From Candidatus Obscuribacterales bacterium (GTDB lineage Bacteria; Cyanobacteriota; Vampirovibrionia; Obscuribacterales; Obscuribacteraceae), in the NCBI GenBank assembly GCA_965228855.1, contig CBDDIJ010000002.1, forward strand, positions 704,001 to 768,000: a stretch of 64,000 nt of DNA, written 5' to 3'. A model generated the notes under the pieces. It did not search any database, was not told the DNA's origin, and saw only the letters and a program-made list of their open reading frames with translations. Made by a program: the position numbers and the translations under genes. Below, in pieces: positions 53,279-63,590 of the stretch (its first letter is position 1; each line of letters starts with the position of its first letter).

Positions 53279-55984
53279 TTGAACGAGAGAAAAAACTTTT
53301 GCCTATTGGCTTCGCCGTCCGTCGGGCAACTTTGCCTGGCGATCGCGTGTCTGGTCGGCTTGATTGGCGCCTCTTTGTATTTTCACACGTCGGCTTGTTC
53401 GAAAAATCCAGCGGCGTTCACAGACCATGTTGTGACAATAGACCTTGACGGACTCAAGCCCAACGAGTTGGAGCAGGTCACGCTCGATTGGACCGGCTCA
53501 GAACAACCAGCGTCTGCAGTACTTGTGCATCGTCTCCCAGAGTCGAATTCCTTCGCGGGTCTGGTTCCACCTAATGGGAAATTGCGACTCACGCTTCCGG
53601 ATTCTGTAAGGTCCAAACTGAATTCGATTAAGGTGACTGAGCGGGGAAAACCAGCTATGCGCCTCGATCTAACGAAGCCAACCGACCATGTTTTAGAAAC
53701 TCACACCGGCAGACTAACACAACTCTGTCAGACCGAGACTATCTATCCGACCAGCGCAGTGGTTGCAAACCAGCTATGGCTGTGGTTTTCCCTTGCACTG
53801 CTTCTCGCCGCAGCCGCCCTGCTTCTCCGCCAAGACAAGCTCCGACGACTCGCTGCCGGAACACTGCTTAGTGAGGCAAGCCGCCCACCAAGCCACCGAA
53901 CGGGCTGGTTTATCCTTGGCTTTTCAATTACCGCAGTCGCGATCGCCACTCTAGAAATCAAACAGCCACTATTCTTCCTGCAAGATGATAACTACATCCA
54001 GTTTCTCCCAGTGATTCTCCAGGGCTGCAAAAGCGCATTCAGCGGCGACTTACCGTTGTACAATCCGCTGCAGCTCCTCGGTGCTCCAACCGCCAGCATC
54101 GGCACATATGCACTTACATATCCAGGCACTTACATCGCTTATTTTCTTGCCTGCCTAATAAAGGCGCCTGAAGCCACTCTCGACGCATTTGCGATCCTAC
54201 ATTTAGTTTCTGCATATGCCGTGATGTATCTACTCCTCATCGACTCACGAGTACGCGGTTCCTTGAGTGCGTGCGGAGCGTTTAGCTATGCGCTTTCCGG
54301 CTTTTTTCTTATCGCCGGACGTTCCTGGTACTACATGCTTCCCGTGGCAGCCTGGGCACCACTTATGGTGCTTATCACAAACCGGTTATTGCGTAAGCCC
54401 TGCGGTCTATCCTGGCTTATTATCACCGCTCTGGCCGTTGGCATGTTCTTCCATTCCGGCAATGCCCAGATGTGGTTTTACACCATAATGCTTTGTGCGA
54501 TAACGTTAATCGCAGGCTGCGGTTTAAAACTCATTGGAGTGAAACGATTAATAGCCGCTCTGCCTGCCGTGATCGCAGGACTTGGAATCGCGTTTCCACT
54601 TCTCTACTTCCAGTTTGTTGAAACCGAAAGCGTCTGGCGACATCACGATCCCGGCGATATCTCCGGTGTCTCGCTCCTCCACATGCTGCTTCCACTGGGA
54701 GAGATTTTTGCGCGAGAGGAAACATTTGCGCCCGGTCGAACGTTTCCAGCTGAGATGTGCCACTTCGGAATTATCTTCGGAGCCCCAGTTCTGACGGCAC
54801 TGTTCTTGCTAATTGCGCGCATCAGTTTCTTCAAAACCGATAAAGCGCTTTTGCAGCAGGTGTTTAAACGAAACATCTGGCTGATCGCGTTTCTAATAGC
54901 CTTGCTGCTCGCGTGGGGCAGCCAGGGCGTTCTCTGGGACGCTGTTTCCTGGCTCCCCGTACTCAACAAATTTACTCAATCCGGAAAGCTACTCGCGTTT
55001 GTCACCATATTCGGTGTCATCGTTTCTGCCGTTCTGCTGGAGCGCTTGTTTTTACTTACACGAGTCCGCAAACGCACAGAGCGATTCGTTTTCCTGTCGG
55101 CTATCCTCGCGCTCTTCGTTCATTTAAACAACTGCCAGCACAGCTTTTACGACTTTGCCGATGCGCCGGCTTATCCCGCGCTGCCCACAAGGCTCCGGGA
55201 GAGCTGTGTAATTAAAAACGATATCAACGAAGCTGGAAGAATTTTCGCAATTTCTCCGGAACGGTCGAGAGAAAGGGGCTTCACAAATTCGCTGGCGCAA
55301 AACTTTCCGACATACTACAACGTCATATCGTTGAGCGGAATGGATCTACTCGTGTCCACGAACGCTTTGACCCTGGGCGTTTTAAAACGCCTGTACCAGG
55401 ACGCTCCCGACGTCGCGAGCAACTATGGCGTCCGCTGGATCGTTGTGCACGACGGCATGGTTAGACCGTCTTACGGCAACTCACCATGGTTGTGGCGATA
55501 CGAACAAGCTGACTTTTTCCAGACTCGCATCGCAAACACTCTACTTTCGAAGTGCGTCAAAGTCGCTGAACTCGAGCATGTAACTTTGTACGAAAATCCT
55601 GATGCGACGCCGATTGTGTTCTCCAAAGAGAAACCGGGAGCGGGTCTGCCAACCAAAATTTCGACTCGCGGACTGACAGTCGACGTCAACACTCTACAAA
55701 GCGGAGAAACTGTTATCGCTGCATTCATCGCCCGTCCCTGGCTCGTTGCGCGTCTGGACGGAAAACCGATTCCAATCATCGCAGACGCCTACGAGCGAGT
55801 CTCGATCAAACTGCCAAACACAGGTGCCGAGTTGCGAGTTGAGTATGAGCCGCCTCTGCTTCCGGCACTGGCCAGCGGTTTAGCCCTATTACTAATCGGC
55901 TGTCTTAGTGCTTTTGGTACGCGAAAGTGGGCGAATGGGGATGTTCAAATCAGTCAAGCAAATAAACTTGATGCGCCTGCCTGA
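53279..55984 (+). CDS. YfhO-like polytopic membrane protein (possible GT-C glycosyltransferase)
   Basis: QDDN..QF.P, PLYNP....G.P; many TM helices; C-terminal W.A..DG...Y.P. Confidence 0.7.
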   Translation: MNERKNFCLLASPSVGQLCLAIACLVGLIGASLYFHTSACSKNPAAFTDHVVTIDLDGLKPNELEQVTLDWTGSEQPASAVLVHRLPESNSFAGLVPPNGKLRLTLPDSVRSKLNSIKVTERGKPAMRLDLTKPTDHVLETHTGRLTQLCQTETIYPTSAVVANQLWLWFSLALLLAAAALLLRQDKLRRLAAGTLLSEASRPPSHRTGWFILGFSITAVAIATLEIKQPLFFLQDDNYIQFLPVILQGCKSAFSGDLPLYNPLQLLGAPTASIGTYALTYPGTYIAYFLACLIKAPEATLDAFAILHLVSAYAVMYLLLIDSRVRGSLSACGAFSYALSGFFLIAGRSWYYMLPVAAWAPLMVLITNRLLRKPCGLSWLIITALAVGMFFHSGNAQMWFYTIMLCAITLIAGCGLKLIGVKRLIAALPAVIAGLGIAFPLLYFQFVETESVWRHHDPGDISGVSLLHMLLPLGEIFAREETFAPGRTFPAEMCHFGIIFGAPVLTALFLLIARISFFKTDKALLQQVFKRNIWLIAFLIALLLAWGSQGVLWDAVSWLPVLNKFTQSGKLLAFVTIFGVIVSAVLLERLFLLTRVRKRTERFVFLSAILALFVHLNNCQHSFYDFADAPAYPALPTRLRESCVIKNDINEAGRIFAISPERSRERGFTNSLAQNFPTYYNVISLSGMDLLVSTNALTLGVLKRLYQDAPDVASNYGVRWIVVHDGMVRPSYGNSPWLWRYEQADFFQTRIANTLLSKCVKVAELEHVTLYENPDATPIVFSKEKPGAGLPTKISTRGLTVDVNTLQSGETVIAAFIARPWLVARLDGKPIPIIADAYERVSIKLPNTGAELRVEYEPPLLPALASGLALLLIGCLSAFGTRKWANGDVQISQANKLDAPA

Positions 55985-56023
55985 GCCGCTCAACGACGAC
56001 CATACCTGAGAGGCTAGACTGAC

Positions 56024-56824
56024 CTACTTGATCGGCTGCATAAAGAGATCTTCGATATCGTCTTTCTTGATGTTACCATCCACCGAGAAGTATAAACTGG
56101 CTCTGTCTTTGGAACGATGATAGCCTTTGGGAATATCGAACAGTTTTGCATCGAGTGGAACATCTTTGATCTGGCGCGGTTCGATGATGACCTTCATAGG
56201 GCGCACACGCCCTTCTGAAGCTCGATTTCGCATTCTTTTCCTTCGGTGAATTTGCTTAGCGCCAATCGGCAAACCACGCTTAGGTGAGTAATCAACGGTC
56301 ATAAAACGGCACCACATCTGGTGCACCGCAACGGGGAGTTTCGCGGTGATGCAGGTGAACTCACCACCCTTGACGTCTTTTCCCCCAGCATCCTTTTCGC
56401 CTGTGAAACAGTCGAACTTCTTTCCTTTGCGATTGTTGGGAAGACTAACATCGGCTCCAGCCGAAACTTTAGCGAGCGGCATGGGCTGCATTCCTTCGCG
56501 CAACTCCTCGATGTAATCTTCGACCGGCATCACCAGAAAAACTTTGTTCTCAGGATTCATGAGTGTGGCTTTCGTCGGATTACTCACTAGCCAGAATGAA
56601 CTGCCAATCTGAGACTTGATGCGAAATCCGAGACTGCTGTAGGTGACCTCGGCCTTGCTTAGCATCTCTCCGTCGGACCAAACAGTGACCATAGTTTCGC
56701 TCGCCGGCGTTTTACCAGAAACTGCCGGGGTACCCTCCGCACGCGCATCAAGCGGCGCCAGGCTGTTTCCAACCAGAAGCGCAGCCATTGCACCAAGAAA
56801 TCGAGAACGCGCGCCGAGTTTCAT
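56024..56824 (-). CDS. Secreted hypothetical protein
   Basis: Signal peptide; C-terminal LFDIPKGY motif. Confidence 0.75.
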   Translation of the reverse strand: MKLGARSRFLGAMAALLVGNSLAPLDARAEGTPAVSGKTPASETMVTVWSDGEMLSKAEVTYSSLGFRIKSQIGSSFWLVSNPTKATLMNPENKVFLVMPVEDYIEELREGMQPMPLAKVSAGADVSLPNNRKGKKFDCFTGEKDAGGKDVKGGEFTCITAKLPVAVHQMWCRFMTVDYSPKRGLPIGAKQIHRRKRMRNRASEGRVRPMKVIIEPRQIKDVPLDAKLFDIPKGYHRSKDRASLYFSVDGNIKKDDIEDLFMQPIK

Positions 56825-57382
56825 TTACCACCGCCTGGCTCTGAGCCACCCATTTTAACCTGTCTTCTCCAGGGGTTTGAACGCGCAATGATTAGCGAGC
56901 GGCTGAGATGCTCTTCGGATCGAACTCTCTGCCAAAGTTCCAAAGCTACGGGGCTTCACGAGAAGGCGAGAAGGTTTGCCCAAAGCAAAACTCCGAAGCC
57001 AGCTGATTATGTGCTTGCGCGTCTCCCTAGACTGTTCTGAAAATGAGCCTCGCGATCAAATCTCCGCTAACTGGGCCAAGCTTTAAATAGACAATTTAAT
57101 CGTGATATCCCCAATATCAACACTCATGAGCTATTGTGAGGCTCCTTAACTGAAACTAAGGTCGACTTATCTTCTACCTTCCAGTCATACAGGAAATCTC
57201 TCAAAACCCAAAAGTGTTCAGCCCCTAGCTTTCTTCTCCGATTCGGTTTCTCCGAACGGCTGAACACCTGTGTGACCACCGCGACTCCCCGGAGCCGCAT
57301 GCCCTCGTGTTTTCGACTCGACGGGCGTTTCAGAACGTCTGTTTAACCGTGATGCCTGAAGGCTCACAAACAAGGAGAATTC

Positions 57383-58222
57383 ATGAACGACAAAACACCG
57401 TTCGCCCAACGCTTCGGACAGATTCAAGCGAATCTGGAAGAGGCTATAGGCGACAAACAGACTGCGTGGCTCGCCGCGCTGTCGATCGTGAGCGGCATGC
57501 CGCTGCTCATCGATTCGAAGACGTCCCAGGAGAAGCTCGCACGCGCCGTCGCCAGCGTGATAAGCGGCAGCTGCGAATCGCTCGGTTTCGGCTTTCAGAC
57601 GCTGAACTCGAACGTTCTCTACATGGGCAACCTGGACAACTGCTACTGTCTGCCCGCTGGCTGTCTGCGACTCGCCAGTCAAGCCGTTGGCAAGCCTGCG
57701 AACAAGAATGACAGCATCGTCGTTCTCATCGGTCACATCAGCCCACCGCACTCGCGCAAGTCGATGGCGTCGGCTGGACTGATCGACCAGTTCGCCTGCT
57801 TCTCGTCCGTCGACTTCGATGGCGAGCGCGTCTCCAGGGCTCCGGCTGCTGTGACGCTCGATGATGTTGCGGACATGCGCAAGTATGTCCGTGACAACGT
57901 CGTCCTCGACGACGAGGCGGTGCAGTTCATCCTCCGCATCAACAAGGCGGCAACACCGAGTCCGTCGGACGAAATTCCCGACGAGCTCAACGAATACGTC
58001 GCCGACGGTCCTGCACCGCGAACCTGGGTTCACCTGGCGGAACTGTCCCGTGTGGTCGCTGCTTCGCAGGGTCGCACGGTCGTCAGTCGCTCGGATGTTC
58101 TCGCGTTCGTCGAACCGGTGCTGTCGCATCGGTACCGCAACGACACCGTCTCGCCGTACAACCGCTTCGACCTGGGACGCCGCATCGCCGGCGCCGTCGT
58201 CTCGAAGCTCAAGGCCGCCTAG
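57383..58222 (+). CDS. Degenerate MoxR-like AAA+ protein
   Basis: MoxR lid motif GPAPR...GR..V...DV.....PVL.HR; Walker A absent. Confidence 0.75.
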   Translation: MNDKTPFAQRFGQIQANLEEAIGDKQTAWLAALSIVSGMPLLIDSKTSQEKLARAVASVISGSCESLGFGFQTLNSNVLYMGNLDNCYCLPAGCLRLASQAVGKPANKNDSIVVLIGHISPPHSRKSMASAGLIDQFACFSSVDFDGERVSRAPAAVTLDDVADMRKYVRDNVVLDDEAVQFILRINKAATPSPSDEIPDELNEYVADGPAPRTWVHLAELSRVVAASQGRTVVSRSDVLAFVEPVLSHRYRNDTVSPYNRFDLGRRIAGAVVSKLKAA

Positions 58223-58258
58223 CCAGTTGGCGACGCGGCAAACAGAAAGGAGTTCATC

Positions 58259-58588
58259 ATGAACAGCGTTTCTTTCATGTACCTGCTGCTGGCCGTCGTC
58301 GCCATCGTCAACGTCGTCTCGGCGTTGCTCTGGATTCGTCTGCTGATGCTCGTTCGAGCCGCCGACCAGATCCTGAGCTTCACCACCGCGTCGATGTACA
58401 CTCGCTACCTGTTCGGGCAGGTCATGTCCGGCAAGTGGTTTCGCACGCCGACCTCGCTTGTGCTCGGCAATCCCAAGCGCGACCCGGTCATCCGCAAGGT
58501 CATCGGTTCCGCTCAGTACCAGACCGTGCAGTTCCTGGCGTCGTTCGTCAAGGACCTGCCTGTCAACGTCGTGCCGTACTTCGTCTAA
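58259..58588 (+). CDS. Small membrane protein
   Basis: RBS AAGGAG; N-terminal TM. Confidence 0.75.
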   Translation: MNSVSFMYLLLAVVAIVNVVSALLWIRLLMLVRAADQILSFTTASMYTRYLFGQVMSGKWFRTPTSLVLGNPKRDPVIRKVIGSAQYQTVQFLASFVKDLPVNVVPYFV

Positions 58589-58675
58589 CAAGGCACGCGC
58601 CTCCAGGCTGAGGCAGCATCACCTGCTGCTTCGGCCGGAGCTCTGTTTTAACTCAGAACATCGAGGAGAAAGTAC

Positions 58676-58897
58676 ATGCTCACACTCGCATCACACAATC
58701 CCGGCGCCAGCCAGCCGTTCCGCACTGGTCGCGAACGCAGGGAACGCCGCGCCTCGCTCGGTCTCGTCTGCCACGATGGTGGTCGGGCGCCCGCGCGCGA
58801 GGAACTCTCGGTCGCCGAACAGTACCGTCTGGCTGCCGAGCGGCGCGCTAAAACCGCCAGCGACGAGTACGTCCAGGCACCCTGCGACGTCGAGTAA
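58676..58897 (+). CDS. Small hypothetical protein
   Basis: RBS GAGGAG; GC3 bias. Confidence 0.6.
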   Translation: MLTLASHNPGASQPFRTGRERRERRASLGLVCHDGGRAPAREELSVAEQYRLAAERRAKTASDEYVQAPCDVE

Positions 58898-58957
58898 TGC
58901 CGCGCTGAAAACGCGGACCATTCACCAACAACACCAGCTATCTCGAAGGTGATTACC

Positions 58958-59272
58958 ATGGCTACTCTCTCTGTCGTCTCGAACAACAGCGCCACCATGC
59001 CCGCTCCGCTCCTCACGCGCCGCGAGCTGCGCGACCGTCGCGAGCGCCTGGGCATCGTCGTGCACAGCGGCGGTCGCATGCTCCCCGTGCCGATGTCCGT
59101 GTTCGAACCGCAGCACACGGTCGACGCGCACGGGAAGCGGCATGCTGTCACCCCCGTCTCCGAGTTCGTCAGTCCCGGTCTCCGTCCCGTCGGCCCCGCC
59201 GGCAGCGCGGCTCCGCGCGTGCACGTCCCCATGACGGCGCACGACAACTACATCATCGACCGCGAAGAGTAA
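58958..59272 (+). CDS. Small hypothetical protein
   Basis: RBS AAGGTG; GC3 bias. Confidence 0.65.
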   Translation: MATLSVVSNNSATMPAPLLTRRELRDRRERLGIVVHSGGRMLPVPMSVFEPQHTVDAHGKRHAVTPVSEFVSPGLRPVGPAGSAAPRVHVPMTAHDNYIIDREE

Positions 59273-59401
59273 TTCTCTTTCGCGCAAGAGTGAAACCGGC
59301 TACCGAGCCGTTTTGGCGGACGGCTCGGGTTCTTTTCTTCATCGCTGTTTCAACAGCTCAACTAGAACCACCGATGGTATCAGTCGGTGAGGAGGATTGA
59401 C

Positions 59402-60613
59402 ATGTTCACGAAAAACAAACTCGCCCTCGTGGCATTCATCGGCGTTGTGGTCCTGGCAATCGCCGCGGCCGCCGTCATCGCGTTCACCCCGAAGCCGGAC
59501 CTGACAAGCGACTTGTTTCCCGAGCGCTTCGGCAACGAACTCCAGCTTCCGCAGAAATCGGGAAGCATTCGCTCAGTCGAGATGTGGTCCGACCAGCGCA
59601 CTCCCAAGTTCGGTGTCGAGGACCACGCCGACGGCACTACCACCCACTACCGCTACCGTCCCGACGGCACGCTCGCGAGCGCGACGCTCTACGCCGCCGC
59701 CGATCAGTCCGGAAATCGCGCGGTGATTCGCGACTCGACGATGGCTGCCGACGGTTTCACATACGTCAAGGACATCACATACTTCGCGGACGGCTCGGTC
59801 TGGAAGGACTTCGTGCTTGCCGACGATGGAACGACGCATAGGATGTTCTACCATCCCAACGGCGTCCTCGCCAAGGATCAGGTGATGGAGTACGAGTGGC
59901 GAGTCTGGAAGCTCATGAGCGAAAAGGCTTTCTACGACGACGGCAAGAAAGCTCGCGTCTTCCTGATCACCCGCGGCAAATCGCTGGAAGACACCATATA
60001 CGGTGCCGGCGAAACACTGCAGGCTCATAAGAAGCACGACTACGTCGCGCGCACTTACACCGAAACCTGGTATCACGACGACGGCAAAACGCCTCTTCGC
60101 CTGGTCGAGCAAGACTCCGAAGGCACGAAGGCAACAGTGATGCGCATGGACGGCTCCGTGGCTGAAACCTACAGTTGGTGGGGCGAAGTGCAAAAGTCCG
60201 GAATCACGGTCAACATCTTCGACCGCGCCGGGAGCAAGCGCTACGAACAAACCTACTGGTGGGGCTACCAAACCAACAAGCTCGAGCTTCGCTCCGTCGA
60301 GGTCTTCGACCGCAACGGCAAACTGACGAACTTCGTCATGTACTACACCAGCGGTCCTGAAGCCGGCAAGGTTGAAGCAGACGCGACCTTCAGTTCCGAC
60401 CAGGGCTGGAGCGGTCCCCACATCCGGCGCGAATACCGCAAGGATGGAACGCTCGCAGTCGCGAAGCAAAACAAAAACACGAGCACCACGATTTCCGAGG
60501 AGAAGTTCACCGCGGAGCAGAACATACTCCCGACCATCAACTCGGAATGGGCGGTCTGGCATTCAGTCGAAACGCCACCGCAGATGGTGACCTACGTCCC
60601 ACCCAGAGACTGA
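59402..60613 (+). CDS. Secreted/anchored beta-hairpin repeat protein, paralog 4
   Basis: RBS GAGGAG; N-terminal TM; YRPDG, FADG, YDDG, YRKDG repeats. Confidence 0.85.
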   Translation: MFTKNKLALVAFIGVVVLAIAAAAVIAFTPKPDLTSDLFPERFGNELQLPQKSGSIRSVEMWSDQRTPKFGVEDHADGTTTHYRYRPDGTLASATLYAAADQSGNRAVIRDSTMAADGFTYVKDITYFADGSVWKDFVLADDGTTHRMFYHPNGVLAKDQVMEYEWRVWKLMSEKAFYDDGKKARVFLITRGKSLEDTIYGAGETLQAHKKHDYVARTYTETWYHDDGKTPLRLVEQDSEGTKATVMRMDGSVAETYSWWGEVQKSGITVNIFDRAGSKRYEQTYWWGYQTNKLELRSVEVFDRNGKLTNFVMYYTSGPEAGKVEADATFSSDQGWSGPHIRREYRKDGTLAVAKQNKNTSTTISEEKFTAEQNILPTINSEWAVWHSVETPPQMVTYVPPRD

Positions 60614-60716
60614 AACGACGATGACCGAAAAGCGTCCCGCCAGCGCTTCTCCAAATCTTCGTGAACGTCTCCGCCTCCCGAGGACCTCCCCAGGTCCTCG
60701 CTTTTACAAGCCACTT

Positions 60717-60942
60717 CTACTATATTCTTTCGTTACTCCGATATCCCAAAAGGCTACGTGGAAGCGGCTTTAAGCCGATGCCTCCCCACTCCTCCCTTCT
60801 TTCCTACTATATTCTTTCGTTACTTCAACATCCCAAAAGACTACATGGAAGAGGCTTTGCGCCGATGTCTTCCATCAAGGTCGCGTGGTTGTCTATGAGG
60901 CGTTGACAGTTTTCACAAAAAGCGGCAATGCCTGATAGACAA
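60717..60942 (-). repeat. Dispersed element, copy 7 (short arm x2 + core 60889-60942)
   Basis: CTACTATATTCTTTCGTTACT at 60717 and 60804; core 85 bp after the second box. Confidence 0.9.
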
Positions 60943-61136
60943 ACCCAGCACACCTTGGCGTCTCGGCGGCCTAACATCAGCCATTCCAACTCGTTAGATT
61001 GTTTCCCTCCACAAGGGAATTCCTCAAACAGCAACGCCTGCAATGGTTTGAACCGATTCGTTCACTTCTTGAAGGCTGAAATCGCAGCAAAACGGTTCCC
61101 CTGACAGCGGAACGGAATTAACGAGTTTCCGGCAAA

Positions 61137-61245
61137 CCCGTCATGCGTGGGGCGAGAGTTTCAAACTTGCGCGTCCCGTCATGTGTTGGGCGAGAGTTTC
61201 AAACTGCGCGTCCCATCATGCGGGGTTTCACACTTGCGCGTCCCG
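61137..61245. repeat. About 38-bp tandem repeat, x3 (third copy shortened)
   Basis: Unit CCCGTCATG-GT-GGGCGAGAGTTTCAAAC(T)TGCGCGT. Confidence 0.8.
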
Positions 61246-61676
61246 CCTTGCGCAGCTCTCGCCAACCCGATTGACCTTAAAAGGCGCTAAAAAGCAAAGT
61301 CCGGTTATCTCGAAGGAAAGCCCGATATTCCAAGGCCGCAGTCCCGCGAGCAACTCTGGACTACACTGCAGTTTCTCTTATCTTGACAATACTGAACTGG
61401 TCTTAACTTGTGATCTTGCAGCCTGAACAAACTAAAGTGAACTCAGCTTCTGACATCAACTTCACCGGTTTCTCACACCCACAGTCTTCCGCATCAACCC
61501 CGAATTTCCGCAGCAGTCTGTGCTCCGGAGAAGACCGTCAGCAGCGAGCGAAGGGCATTCCTAACCCATAATCCAGCAGAACGGATCATGAACGGATTGC
61601 CCGGATGGAACACGCGAAGCGCCTGAGTACAAGCGCGTGTTCTGCAACCCAAACTCAGGCAGATTGGATACACCTA

Positions 61677-62714
61677 ATGAAAAACACCATCGCAACCATC
61701 GAAGCCTCGAACTTCGATGAAACTGTGAAGGCAGAGCTCAAGGCGCTCGTCGAGATCACCAAGCTGGCCAAGGACACCGACTCCTCCAGCCAGGCGGCGA
61801 TGCACAAGTACAAAGCCGGCACCAACGAACGCCAGTACGCACGCCGTATCGCGGAGAAGATGACGAGCGAAAAGCGCACCGAGATGCAAGTTCATCAGTT
61901 CGCCTATCGCAACGCCTTCGCCAACGCCGTCTTCAGCGTGCATCAGGCTCGCAAGACGCTCGTCAAGGTCGGCGCCGACATCCGTGCTCTGGTCGCACGT
62001 CTCGAACCCGAGGCCAAGGACCCGAGCAATCGCAACGCTCTGATCGCGGTCATGGGCATCGCGTACGAAACCGACGGCATCAACCCTGACGCAGTTCTCA
62101 GCGAGCTGGACAACGTCAGCGACATCTCGCGCGAGCGCCTGCTGGAAGCTGTTCGCACCATCTTCGCGCACAAGAAAGCCGAGTCCGGCATGATGGCGGC
62201 GACGTCCTTCAGCTCCTACGAATTGCTGATCACCGACCCGACGGCCGAGCAGCAGGCTGTGCAAGACGCTCTCCAGCCCGCAATCGCCGTGCGCCAGGAG
62301 TTCGAAGATCACTGGAACTTCTACAGCTTCGCCAAAGCACGCTTCAACGTGCCGCAGTTCACGCAGCGCATGGAGCAGGCCGTTGCCGAAGGCGACGAAG
62401 CCAAGATCGAGAGCATTCGCGCCAGCCGCCGTGACGCCGAGGGAGCGGTCTTCGTCGCCGCTTCCAACTGGGTCAACGCTTACCCGCGGATGGTGAAGAT
62501 TCGCGAGAATCTCAAAGCCGCCATCCATCGCGCGGCGGACACAATCACGGAAACCAATTCGCTCGAATCGACCATCGCCATGAGCCATCTGATCGGCTGC
62601 TGGAAGTGGCACAGCGAATTGACCGGCTACATCGAGGGCAAGTTCCGCAAGGCGGACCTTGCGAGCGTCCTCGCCGGCCTCGACTTTGACACGAAGGAAT
62701 ACCTGCGCGGTTGA
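61677..62714 (+). CDS. Hypothetical alpha-helical protein
   Basis: Long ORF with strong GC3 bias; no motif recognised. Confidence 0.8.
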   Translation: MKNTIATIEASNFDETVKAELKALVEITKLAKDTDSSSQAAMHKYKAGTNERQYARRIAEKMTSEKRTEMQVHQFAYRNAFANAVFSVHQARKTLVKVGADIRALVARLEPEAKDPSNRNALIAVMGIAYETDGINPDAVLSELDNVSDISRERLLEAVRTIFAHKKAESGMMAATSFSSYELLITDPTAEQQAVQDALQPAIAVRQEFEDHWNFYSFAKARFNVPQFTQRMEQAVAEGDEAKIESIRASRRDAEGAVFVAASNWVNAYPRMVKIRENLKAAIHRAADTITETNSLESTIAMSHLIGCWKWHSELTGYIEGKFRKADLASVLAGLDFDTKEYLRG

Positions 62715-62795
62715 CGCATACGGTTTGCGGCGAGAGGGAGCATGCTCCTTCTCGCCTGCAGACTGCCTCTTCACACGAACGCATGAGCACATCCA

Positions 62796-63521
62796 ATGCG
62801 ATCAATAGTTCCCGAAACTGCTCGCAACATCGTTGCCATGGGCGGAGCCTTCGGCTACGACAACGATGCGGGTAAACGGTTTTTGAAACTGATGTTGCGG
62901 CTGACCGGCAAGCGCAAACCGCGCATTATGTTCGTCGGCACAGCATCAGGCGATCACGACTATGGGCGCGTCTGGTTCTACAGCCAGCTCGCCGGTCGAA
63001 ACTGCTACCCCTCGGTTCTGAAGCTCTTCGAGCCAGTTCCGAGCGACCTGACTTCACTCGTGCTTTCTCAGGATGCGATCTTTGTCGGCGGAGGCAACAG
63101 CACGGCGCTTCTCGGCGTCTGGCGCGCCTACGGCTTCGACAAAGCTCTCACCACCGCCTGGGAACATGGTGTCGTCTGTGGTGGCGCAAGCGCGGGTGGG
63201 ATTTGCTGGTTCGAACAAGGCATCTCTGCAAGTTCCTACACCGACAAGGTGGTGGCACTCCAGGGACTCGGTCTTGCGCACGGCAGTTTCAACCCTCACT
63301 ACGACACCGATCCGAAACGCCGTCCGGCTTACCACAAGCTCATCGAAACGGGCATCGCCCTCGATGGCATCGGCGTCGACGAAACCGCAGCCGTTCACAT
63401 CACCGGACGCGACAACGTTCGGGCTCTGAACGGCGACGGAAAATCGGCTTGCCATCGCGTTTTCCTCGATGGCGGCAAGGCAGTGGAAACGACGCTACCG
63501 GTCTCGGTCGTCCGTCGATGA
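62796..63521 (+). CDS. Peptidase E (S51) family protein
   Basis: TASGD, VGGGNS, GASAG, PHYD. Confidence 0.92.
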   Translation: MRSIVPETARNIVAMGGAFGYDNDAGKRFLKLMLRLTGKRKPRIMFVGTASGDHDYGRVWFYSQLAGRNCYPSVLKLFEPVPSDLTSLVLSQDAIFVGGGNSTALLGVWRAYGFDKALTTAWEHGVVCGGASAGGICWFEQGISASSYTDKVVALQGLGLAHGSFNPHYDTDPKRRPAYHKLIETGIALDGIGVDETAAVHITGRDNVRALNGDGKSACHRVFLDGGKAVETTLPVSVVRR

Positions 63522-63525
63522 AACA

Positions 63526-63580
63526 GAAGCGAGGCCAGCAAAGCGGTTTAAACCCGCCGAGCCGCCTCGCTTCCCCTTTT
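63526..63580 (+). terminator. Intrinsic terminator
   Basis: GAAGCGAGGC...GCCTCGCTTC followed by CCCTTTT. Confidence 0.7.
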
Positions 63581-63590
63581 CCCAATATAC

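Noticed and set aside
61128..61170. c-di-GMP-I riboswitch (GGCAAACC)
   Set aside because: It lacks the GNRA loop and the GACGCAAAGC segment, and is explained by the tandem repeat.
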